Assembly (NCBI RefSeq): GCF_009914755.1
Contig: NC_060942.1
From: the human T2T-CHM13v2.0 reference genome, Homo sapiens
DNA: 64,000 nucleotides
Direction: 5' to 3' (one strand)
Under the pieces are notes generated by a model. That model saw only the letters and a program-made list of their open reading frames with translations. It was not told the origin of the DNA and ran no database searches. Of this stretch, positions 52,105 through 64,000 are shown in pieces (the first letter of the stretch is position 1; each line of letters opens with the position of its first letter). The position numbers and the translations under genes are program-made.

Positions 52105-53215
52105 TGAAGATATACCTTTATACAGATAGCCATTCTTTATCTATAAGGTTATGTGTACAGCATGTAAGGCCATGACTAATACTGTTTATTCTAAGAGCAA
52201 CACAGTAGTCAAAAGAACTCAGTGTATGAAACCAGCAGAAGATATCAAATAAGTTCCCTGTGGCTTCCATCAGTTTTCAATCATATTTTAGAAAATTCTC
52301 TTTTCCTTTCATCCTTTCTTCCATATACCACAGCTGCTTCTGAATCTGCCTCCTCCAAATACAGCAGAGAAACAACTCAAACCCTCCCCAGGGGATGTTC
52401 CCCACCTCCCTTTTCCATCTTCATTTTCCATCATGTTGCTAAAGTGACCTGAAAGGAGGGGAGGCGGGCAGGAGACCTCATTTATTTGTTTTAGAAGACA
52501 AATAAACACCTGAAAAAGCCCTGAGTTATGAATAATTTTTTCAATACAGTATTTTTGAATGCACATTTTCTTATTTATTTATGAAATAGTTGTGAATTAT
52601 CTCTATATTAACCTTACCTACGTGTTGATTTGGGTGTTTACTCCTTCTCTTACTGAATTTTATAAATATTTTCATTTTAATCAGTTATCTACATTACAAG
52701 AAGTGATTTTTCCCAAATTTATAATTCACATTTGTGGGTTGCCTATATATTTCCTTTACCTATTCATTTACTTGGATCTTAGTGATTTATGTATTTGTTT
52801 TAATTCCTTGTCATTTATATAATTATAGTTTGCCCAGTTTCTATTTTCAGGTTATTTATGATGACATGTCCCTAGAGAAACATAAACTTTCATGTATTCA
52901 ATTGTATTGCCTTTTTCTTTCCTGTTAGTTATCTTGAAAGTATAGGTCCACATTCTAAGTTTATAGTAACACTCACCTATGTTTCTTCCAGTACTTTTAA
53001 GGCACTTGAAAGACTTTGAAACTGTTTGTTTACCTGGGATTTATCTTGGTGAGTGAAGTGTGAACCATAGGATTTATAATAATTTCTCTGCTTGGTTTAC
53101 TAATACTTTTACCATTAATAAATAAGGTAAATTAAGAAGCTTTATTTTGGTTGCTATGCACTTTAAACAGCTTAAAAAAACTAAGAAGTACATTTTTTAA
53201 AAAAGTATTTAAATA

Positions 53216-53996
<781 letters not shown>

Positions 53997-55609
53997 TAAG
54001 AAATCTCAGAAAAGAGAGTCATATTGACATTAGAGATGGATTTCAAGAATTTTTTCTAACCCTACCAACAACTTGTTCTTATGGCTCCTGCGGGAGGAGC
54101 TGTGCGCCTTTCCTCAGGGTCCCGAACAGTGATGCAGCAATTTTGCAGGCGGGCAGGGTCTCATGGCTTATGTTGTTAGCACTCTTTTGTCGCTGGTTCT
54201 TTTCTACTCATTTCTGTACCAGGGTGACTTGCTGTCACTCTGTGCTTTCTCTCTTCCATAGCACTGGTTAGCGTATAATGAATCAAAAAGTTGGGTTTTG
54301 CCTTAGGAAATAAGGAGGCCAATCAGCTCACTGGCCCAGTTCCCATTATTCTAGCTTGGTTACCTAAAGTTTGAATTAGATTTGGGGCCGAAATCTGCAT
54401 AAAAGTGCTGTGATTCTTCTCTGTTCCTGTGATATTATTCCCTGTTATGTATCTCCCTTGGAAACTTTTTGAAATAGTCTCTGTAGGATTTGCTTATTCC
54501 TAGGTTCCCTGGCCCTAATACCATTTAATACAGATACAAATTCACCGTAAGTTCTGATAAGCCTAATGCATACAGGCTTTTAAAAGTGAGTAAAAATTGG
54601 ATGAAGGCTAGTATGGATGAAACTCAGAGTCATGGAAGAAAGTGGTAACAATGAGGCTTACGGGGTCATGTGGGCCCAGATTGTTCAGGGCTTCCGTCTT
54701 ATGCCTCTTGAAATATGTGTGGTTCTATCCTAACAGCAATAGGAAGCCTTCTGAGGGTTTTAAACAGGGGAACAAAATTATTAGATTAACATTTTACAAA
54801 GAATCTTTTAAAAAGATTCTTGATGAAATAACTATTCTTTTGGTTAACAGCTAGTTTTTGATTAAATTATCAATCCTATCACATTCCTCTATTAGTTAGA
54901 TCCTCTTGTCATTTTTCTGCTTATTTTTATTTTGCTTCTTTTGCTTTTATTTTGCCAGAGTGATGAGAGCCTATTGTTACTGTTGTTCTTCTCCATTTCT
55001 CTTATTTTTTATCCATATATATTGATGTAACGTATTTGGCACATAAAAGCTGATGCAAAATATATCTTTATTATAAAGAGTAATCTTTGTTAAGATGCCA
55101 AACACATAGAAATCACAGGAAAATGAATGTTCACTCATAATGAAATTAAGTTTGTAAGATTTGTAAGTGAAATTGCCTTTTGTCTGAATCCAGAATATAC
55201 TAAGTGCAATTTGAAGGTCACAGTGAAAAATACATTAGAATTGGAAGAATATGAAAAAATACTAAAATTTGGCAGTCACTTGAGAAGCTTTCCTAGCTCT
55301 CTAACTCATTGTCATTGTCTCTGTTAGCTGGTCCCCTAGGGATCCATAAAAACCGTTCTGCTTGGAAAACTCTAACTACTAGTGCAGAAAAGAATTGTGT
55401 CAGGTTTATTTAGTGATGTCATGGAGGCTTAAGGAAGGCAATAAAAATCTCTGATGCTCTCCGAAAAGCAGATGCTTACCGCATAGAAACTAGTGCTCTA
55501 AAAAGGTGTTAGCCTTTGAAGAAAAACAGTTCAACTGTATTTTAGTGAAAGGAAAGAAAAACTGTGTGCCCATGGAATATGAGATATCAGATGGAATTAA
55601 AACACTTTT

Positions 55610-56505
55610 TGAGGAATAAAAAAACAAATAACCCAATTAAAAATGGGCAAAGTATCCAAATAGACTTATCACCAAGAAATATATTCAAATGGCCAATTAA
55701 GCACATGAAAGGATGCTCAATATCATTAGTCAGCAGGGAAATGCAAATCAAAACCATATGAGATACTACTCTTACCTATGAGGATGGCTAGATTCCGAAA
55801 GTCAGATAAAATCAAGTATTGGTGAGGAAGTGGAGAAACTGGAACCCTAAACTGCTGATGAGAATGTAAAATAGTGTAGCTGCTTTGGAAACAATCTGGC
55901 AATTCCTCATATAAAACATAGAGTTATCTTATGTTCTAGCAATTCCACTTCTATACGTTTTCCCAAGAGGAGTGAAAAGATACGTTTACACAAAAACTCA
56001 CACATAAAGAAATGTTCATAGCAGCATTATTTATGATAACCATAAATTAGGCACAACTCAAGTGGCTGAATGAATAAACTAAATGTGGTATATCTATACA
56101 ATCAAATAGTATTTGGCCATATAAAGGAAAATATAAAGAAAAAAGTTCTGATACATGGTACAGTGTGAATTAATCTTGAAAACATTATGCTAAGTAACAC
56201 AGACCAGTCCCAAAATGCCACACTATTGTATGATTCCGTTCATACGAAATGTCCTGAACAGGCAAATCTGTACAGACAGAACATAGATTAATGGTAACTT
56301 CTTAAAGCTGAGGAGGATAGGGCTGTAGGTGGATGATAGCTGAAGGGTATGGGGTTGCTATCGAGGTGATGAACATATTTAAAATTATAGTAATGATTGC
56401 ACATTTCTGTAAAAATACTTAAAATCCCTGAATTTTATGTTTTAAATGGGTGAGTTGCATGGATATAGGAATTATTTCTAAATAATGCTTTTAAAAAATA
56501 AAAAG
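55610..56505 (+). mobile_element. L1MB 3' end
   Basis: ORF 55564-55761 'NNPIKNG...KHMKGCSISLVSREMQIKT' matches the ORF2 C-terminus; L1MB-type 3' UTR. Confidence 0.85.
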
Positions 56506-57591
56506 ACAACTCTGGGAAAGGAAGTATGTCATTAACCCATTTAACTGGTTGTAATTCCCAATTGTGCTTAGCACAGATTTTGATATGGATTCAAAATCCA
56601 AAGGGCACTGGTGCAGAATCATACTCCCATCATATTACTATGACACACCAGAGTAAAGAGGAAAATACTTTGCAATATTGCAGAATTCACTATCCTGAAA
56701 CATGCACAGAAGATAGTACTCAGACTCGGCGAAGAGATCTACAAACACTCAAACTTTTACTCCCAATTTAAAGTAATCAACAGTGCTAAATGAGCCTGAG
56801 TATTAGAATATCCAGTTATTTTAAAATATCAAGTTATTTTAAAAACTGGTTCATTCTTTTAAGCCCCTTAAATTTTCCTGAAAGAAAAAGCAAGTGGTCA
56901 GAAGTGTCATAAGGATTGAATTTTCTGTGGTGTTTATTCACTCAGGGCACTGGAATCTTGTATTTAGTGGTTAGGTGCTGTATTCTCTGTTAAGATATTT
57001 TCATTACTAACACTCAAGTATTCTTTACCCCACAATTTTATAATGGCCCACTTCAGAAGAAGAGCCCACCTCAGAAATGAAGTCTGTGATACACATTTGC
57101 AATAATATAAACAGCCTCCCAGTGGCTTCTAATTTCAGTCTCTTCTGCCTCCTCCCCTGTTCCCTAGTGGTAATGATTAACTTTAACCTGTCGGGGCTTA
57201 GGGAATAAGTTTTGCTTATGATGGGTTCTCTTCTGGGAGTTTTATATTGTTCTTATTATGCAGTCTGGTCTGTACCAAAATGTCTTCTTTTCAGTTTAGG
57301 AACCTTATCACTAAACTTTAGACTTGCTTGTGCTCTTGGTCAGAGCTCATTCATTAAGTATTAAATCTCTTCTACTGAATTCTTTGGAAGGCTGACCATT
57401 CTTCTGATACATTTTGCAAAATGCTGGCAGTCCCTGGGTGTTTGTGTAGCCCAGTCTCACAAGGGAAGCTCATGATGTACAAAGCCTTTGAAGGCACTTC
57501 ATGACACTCCCTGTTCGACAACATTATCCGTCTGGGAAGCCAGTGCTCAGGTAGCACATCAGTTACACTAGTATTTAAAAGAATAATAATT

Positions 57592-58175
57592 ACAACCACC
57601 ATTCTATTTTCCACCTCCAAGAGATCAATTTTTTAAGCACACGAGTGAGAAGATGAAATATTTGTCTTTCTGTGCCTGGCATATTTCATTTAACATAATA
57701 TCCTCCAGCTCCATCCATGCTATTGCAAATGAAAAAATTTCATTTTTTTATGGCTCAATTGTATTCCATTGTGTATATATATATCACGGTTTCTTTATCC
57801 ATTCATCTGTGGATGGACACTTATGCTGCATCCACATCTGGGCTATTGTGAATAGTGCTGCAATAAGCATGGGAGTGCTGATGAAGAGTTGCTGGAGAAG
57901 GCGGGATAATGAAGAGTTGGTTAATGCGTACAGAGGTAGAGTTAGAAGGAATAAGATCTAGTGTTTGGTAGCACAATAAGGTGATTATAGTTAACAATAA
58001 TTTATGGCACATTTCAAAATAACTAGTAAAGTAGAATTGGAATATTCCCAACAGAAAGAAATGATAAATGTTTGGGATGATGAATATCCCAGTTACCCAG
58101 ATTTGATCATTACACATTGTATGCTTATATCAAAATATATTTCACATAATATGCAGCCATAAAAATTAAAAATTA
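57592..58175 (+). mobile_element. Short L1MA with 5' inversion (57592-~57878 antisense; ~57879-58175 sense)
   Basis: Exact 15-bp TSD aaaagaataataatt at 57577-57591 and 58176-58190, at a TT/AAAA site; the two halves appear to be adjacent parts of the L1MA 3' end. Confidence 0.88.
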
Positions 58176-59504
58176 AAAAGAATAATAATTGTATATGTTA
58201 ATGGGGTACAGTCCATCAATTTAAAAAATAGAAGAATATTCCCTCTTTTGTATGCTATTTGGCAGAATAGATCTTGTTGAAGCAATTAATAAACCACTTA
58301 TCTATATAAAATATGATTTTACAAAATACTTATGAGATTGAATTTCAGCTTTAAAAATAAGATAAGCAAAGGCTGTATTAATTGTAATTCCAGATAGGCT
58401 TATCTTATTCATTCGTAGGCTTTATGTAGACAATAGCTTGACACTAGCATGAGTTGAAAATTGTAATGACAATTATATACAAAGATTTTTTTCTGGAATT
58501 GTCTCAATTTCAAATCACCTGTTTCACCATCTCCATATATTCATAACCCAACAGGCAGCATGTCCAAATTTTTCACATGTAGAATATGATCACTCTGTTT
58601 CCATGGAGGAATTGGATGCTGAAATTCAGAAATGCAAACTTTCACTAGCTTAGCTATAAAATAATTGAAGCAGTTTAATAAAGTAATACAAATAAGTTAC
58701 TGCAGTTTTAAAAGTTTGTTTGAGAAGCTCAATCAAGTATATGAGAGGTCTGTGCCATGATAATGTCAAATTTTCATATGCCAGGCTGTTTTCCTTGTAA
58801 TGTTGAAGTACCATCACTGTACAAGACGAAATAAGGCTTTCTTCAAAGGTGAGTGTCACCGACTGGTTTTCTGGATTTTCCCCCTAGGTATTCCCTTTAG
58901 TGCAAGGATGGGAGTTGAGAGTGTGTACCTGAATGCCTGTTTAATGTTATTATTTTCTATATTCCACAATGTCTCCACTTATTTTAGGCTTTAGCAGTCA
59001 CTGTTACCGAAAAGTCTCCATTCTCTAATCTAGCACCAGAACTGCTTCCAATTTAGGTGGGAGAGGTTTTCTAAGTCAATGCCAAACGTATGTGGGTTAT
59101 TCAATTAGTGTTTGTTAAATTGAACAGCCAATTGTCTTACTTGTTCCTTAGTTGTTCTCACCCAACTAACCATGTGTTATAAAACTACTATCAAAATCTA
59201 ATAACTTGAAAGTTCTAGTTTATAATGAATCAGACCCTTCCAGGGTTTAATCTTTGAACACGAATGGTTAGGTACTTTTAGAAGCTATATTAACTCCATA
59301 AAACCGCCTGGGATCTATTTGGTAAATTGTTATTTCTGTGCTAATTTGCATGGCCGACTTGCTCTAATTTTTAGAAGGGATGGGAACTTGGTAGGGCATG
59401 ATGAAAGAGCAGAGTTCTTGCGAATAGCTATATGTGAATGAGTCAAACTGTTATAAATGAACATCAGCTAGAACTTGATAGTTTACAAATATTTGTAATT
59501 AAGT

Positions 59505-60010
59505 GTGTAGGCTGAGTTAGTATAACAAAAAATACTTTAAAATATAGTGGTTCAAATAAAGTTAATGGAAATATTTGTTTTCCACATAAGAGCCTAGAGG
59601 TTATCAGAGTACACAACAGACAAATGAACTTGTGTTTTCTCAATTAGCTACCCAAATCAGTGGTGAACTGCTGAGGTAGAGGTGGCTACAACAACTCTCC
59701 TTCACCAGATCATCAGAGACTTGGGGTCCCTCCATCCTGCTGCCTTGCTGTGTTTTAAGGTGTTGTCTTTGTTCTGGTCCAAGATATCTCACATCGGTAT
59801 ATCTGCTTTCCAGCTTTTAGGAAGTAAGAATGGGGAGATCTGGAGTGGTAACACCTTTTTTTTTTTTTTTTTCAGGAACTGGAACTGGCGCTAATTGTTT
59901 CCATTCATATTCTGCTAGTGAAAACTTAGTCACATGGCCACTCCTAGCTGCAATAAGACTTGAAAAATGGGGTCTCTCCTGGACAGCCATGTGTCCTGTT
60001 AAACTTGGTG
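59505..60010 (-). mobile_element. MLT1 LTR fragment
   Basis: tccctccatcctgctgccttgc...aacttagtcacatggccactcctagctgcaa. Confidence 0.65.
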
Positions 60011-60949
60011 AGCTTTTATGGTTAAAAGGGCTAATGAGAACTTGTTCCTGAATGAAAAGGAGATTGGATGTGGTAGTGGTGACAGATCTTGGAGGTAATC
60101 TCATTTGAGCCCCACAGTGATCTAGTGGTTGAATGTTTACTGTTTTCTTCTATTTTAAAGAGAAAGCAACTAAAGCTTAGAAGAGAAAAATAAATTTAAA
60201 TGTGTATCTGTTGTAATTGAAGCCTATGAATAATTTTTTTAAAAGATAAATAAATATCAGAATAAATATTAGGAGTGGTAAATGCCAGAATAAATAGCTG
60301 GAAGAGCTGAAAGTGAAAGCCTCTGGTGAACAGGGCTTGAGGATGGGCAGGAGACCACTGGTTTTCATTGTAAAATATTACGCATTTTAAATATTTGGGT
60401 TTAATCTGATTTGCTAAACTATGTGCATATTTTACTTTGATAAGAGTTAAAAATCTAAAGGAGAAATTAAAGTAAAACTATCGGTCATAATTTAGGCAGA
60501 TTGATTTCACTTATCCCTAATGGCCCCTGATTGTACCAATCCTGTCTCTAAAAGTTATCTAGGGAATGCTAAATTCCAAGTTATGATATCATTTTGAAAA
60601 TCGAAATGTCAAAAAAATCATCAATCATCTTGTTACAGGTAACTCAGTCCTTGCCACCTTCTCATCAAAAATTCACCACTGATTTGGGTACTTAGTTGGA
60701 GAGAACATAGTTCATTAGACCTGACGTTAGTGAACACTTCCAATCTCAGTGAGTAATAAGGACTTTTGCCACTTCTAGTCAGCTTGGTTAATGAGTGCAG
60801 TGAAGAAACCTAAAGACAGCCATGTCTTAGAGATTACTGTATGTTTAGTCAATATATAAAGCTTATATATAATACCCTTGACAACTTCATGGTCATTCAG
60901 CTTCTTCTCAAAACTTTCAGGTGATGGGGAGCTCACCATCTCACAAGAC

Positions 60950-61505
60950 ATTAATTCTGTCTCCTAAGAATATCCCAAATCTCTGCACTTCTCTCCATCT
61001 CCATGCACCCACTTTGTATCTCCCCTCCCCCATGCTACCCTCCATTCTTCACAGAACAGTTAGCATGATCTTAAAATTACAAATTTGATTTTGATACACT
61101 TCTACTTTCAGTGATTTCCCATTATCTTTAGGATAAAGACCTTTGCTCCCTTTTGAGTTTTTTTCCATGTGTTTTTTCTACTGTCTGGAACACTGTTCTG
61201 TTTTTCCTTCTTGCAATTGGATCAATTTTAATAGTTATGTTTAGTTGTCAACTTAATATTTCTTTCCTCTGGGAATCTTTTTTCTTAGGCCCTAGACTTA
61301 GATGTCCTATTATAAGCATTCCAGTAACATCCTTGTTTATTCCTGTAACAGTACTTACCTCACTGTACCAAAATTTTTTTGTTATTCCCTACAAATAGCA
61401 ATTGCCATGAAGGAATGGGCTCAAGCTTGTTACATTCACTGTTGTATCTTCATTACCTTGCACTGTGCTTAGCATATGCTGGATTCTCAAATGAATGAAT
61501 ACATT
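60950..61505 (+). mobile_element. L2 3' fragment
   Basis: cattcactgttgtatcttcattaccttgcactgtgcttagcata...aatgaatgaat L2-type tail. Confidence 0.7.
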
Positions 61506-62430
61506 CTTTTGCCAGAAGTCTTTTCTATATTTTATAAAATCGGTTTCCCTCTGGAGGCTAGAGAAAGTAATCTCTGTTCTAAAAGAGAGTCCTTCACATA
61601 TTTTAAAGTCCTCTTGTCGTCTACCATTAAATCTTCTATATTCTTGGTTAAGTATTGATACTTTTAAGTTATCTCGCACAAAACATTTAAGTTTGAGGGA
61701 ACACCATAAATAATAATTTTGCCCATATGACTTCAGAAAAAAATTGAAAGAGGGACAAAATTCACATGAATGGGAATTTATTGAAAATGCAATCTCTGTT
61801 AGATTATATGCTTAAGTGTGGGGCACCATGGGTTTGCCTCTACTTATACTCAGCTCCCATGAACCTGGACATTGGAACAGTGCAGTCATGAAACATTTGG
61901 GACCTTTTAGTTAGTACTTACACACTTTATAAGTATAAAAGATTAGCTCCACTCAATTCATGAATTAATTATTGTTATCCAGGAGTCAAATAAGTCATGA
62001 CATGAGACCAGGAATGTCACCATATTGGAGTTCTCCCCATATGGAAATAGAAAGCAAAAAGAAAGGAATTTCTATTTTAAAGCTGTACTTAAGCCAGGCT
62101 TCCCATCCTACTTAATGCCACTAATTTTTATAACTTTAGTGGAGGACTTTATTTTTATTACTGTCAAATTTTATTGTTTAATTCAGGTCATAATTCTGGA
62201 GTATCAACTTTATTCTATATATTGATCTGCCACTTAATTTTTCATTATTCTTTCCAGCTTATAAACCATGCACTTGATAAAAAAGTTCTATCTTCATCAA
62301 AGTCATTGGTTATACTTTTCAACAGAATGATACAGAATCTTGTAATAGGCCACTGGAGACTGCTGACCAGTGTAAAATTGTGCCGGGGGGAAGTTATATC
62401 TGAAGGTACCACTATTTTTCACAGCCATTA

Positions 62431-64000
62431 CAGGCACACCTTGGATGTATAGTGAGTTAATTTCCAGATCACTGCAAAAAAGCAAGTCACATGAACTTCT
62501 TGGTTTCCCAGTGTCTATAAAAGTTATATTTTCACTATACTATAGTTTATTAAGTGTGCAATAGATTACGTCTAAAAACACAGCATACATATCTTAATTT
62601 AAAAATACTTTATTGCTAAAAAATGCTAACAGTCATCTGAGCCTTCAGTTAATCATAATCTCTTTTCTGCTTGAGGGTTTTGCCACAGTATTGATGGCTG
62701 TTGACTGATCAGGGTGGTGGCTGGTGAAGGTTGGGTGGCTGTGGCAATTTTCTTAAAGTAAGACAATGAAACTCGATTGTCTTCTTCAATCAGTTGACTC
62801 TTCCTTTCACAAAAACATTTCTCTGTAGCATGTGATGCTATTTAATACATTTTACCCATAGTAGAACTTCTTTAAAAATTGGAGTCAACCTTCTCAAATT
62901 TTGTTTGGTGTTACTTTATGAATTAAATTTAGGTAATAGTATAAATCCTTTGTTGTTGTTTCAACAGTGTTCACATAATCTTCACCCGGAGTAAATTCTA
63001 TCTCAAAAACGACTTTCTTTGCTCATCCGTAAAAAGCAACTTCATATCCATTCAGGTTAGATCATGAGATTGCAACAATTCATTAGTCACATCTTCAAGC
63101 CCCACTTCTAATTATACTTCTTTTACTATTTCTACCACATCTGCAGTTACTTCCTCTGCCGAAGTCCTAAACCCCCTAAGGCCTTCATGAAGGTTGGCAT
63201 TAAGTTCTTCCAAACTCCTATTCATATTGAGATTTTGAACTTCTCCAATGAATCACAAATGTTCTTAGTGGCATTCAGAATGGTGAATCTCTTCCAGGTT
63301 TTCAACTGTCTTTGCCCACATTCATCAGAGGAATCACTGTTTGTGACAGCTATAGGCTTACAAAATGCATTTCTTAATAGGACTTACAGTTTAAATTACT
63401 CCTTGATCCATGGGCTGCAGAATGGATGTTAGGTTAGCAGGCATGAAAACAACACGAATCTCATGGTACCTCTCCAACAGTGCTCTTGGGTAAAGAGGTG
63501 CATTGTGAATGAGTAGTAAGATTTTGAAAGGAAATCTTTCTTAGCAGTAGGTCTCAAGAGTGAACTTAAAATATTCAGTAAACCATGCTATAATCAAGTG
63601 TTCTGTCATCCAGGCTTTGTTTTTCCATTTATAGAGCACAGGCAGAGTAGCTTTGGCATAATTCTTAAGGGCCTTAGGATTTCTGGAATGGCAAATGAGC
63701 ATTGACTTCAACTTGAAGTCACCAGCTGTACAGACCCTAAGAAGAAAGTCAGCCTATCCTTTGAAGCCAGACATTCACTTTTCTTCAGCTCTGAAAGGCC
63801 TAGATGGCATCTTCTTCCAATAGAAGGCTGTTTCATCTACACTGAAAATCTATTGTAGAGTGTAGCCACCTTCATCAGTGTCCTTAAGTAGGTCTTCTGG
63901 ATAGTTTGCTACAGCTTATCCATCAGCACTTGCTGTTTCACCTTGCAGTTTTATGTTATGAAGATAGTTCCTTCCCTTAAACCTCATGAACCAATTTCTG
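62431..64000 (-). mobile_element. Tigger1 DNA transposon (3' part; continues past the window)
   Basis: TA target then TIR caggcacacct; ttggtttcccagtg...ttaagtgtgcaatag; antisense degenerate pogo-type transposase sequence to the window end. Confidence 0.9.

Noticed and set aside
63187-63432. ORF within Tigger1
   Set aside because: Antisense to the decayed transposase; no intact transposase ORF appears in the track

Overview
This window is AT-rich primate genomic DNA. Alu J/S/Y, L1PA/PB/M, THE1D, MLT, MER21, Tigger1, L2, MIR and L3 elements point to a simian, probably human-like, genome. It is intergenic or deep-intronic: no protein-coding gene, rRNA, tRNA or CRISPR array can be supported, and the longer ORFs are fragments of L1, THE1, Alu or Tigger, or products of a VNTR. 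Main structures: (1) a near full-length L1PB/L1MA with target-site duplications (TSDs), inserted in an MLT1 LTR and itself carrying a complete THE1D provirus, an Alu and a perfect 5 x 37-bp VNTR; (2) two 5'-inverted (twin-primed) L1s; (3) a ~240-bp local templated duplication with multi-step microhomology junctions; (4) two near-perfect hairpins in apparently unique DNA; (5) an inverted Alu pair around a (TA)n tract; (6) a few weak candidate + strand exons. I do not see a demonstrable new biological system. The best leads are the template-switch-type rearrangements, the hairpins and the VNTR. Subfamily calls come from recalled consensus features and need RepeatMasker/Dfam confirmation.
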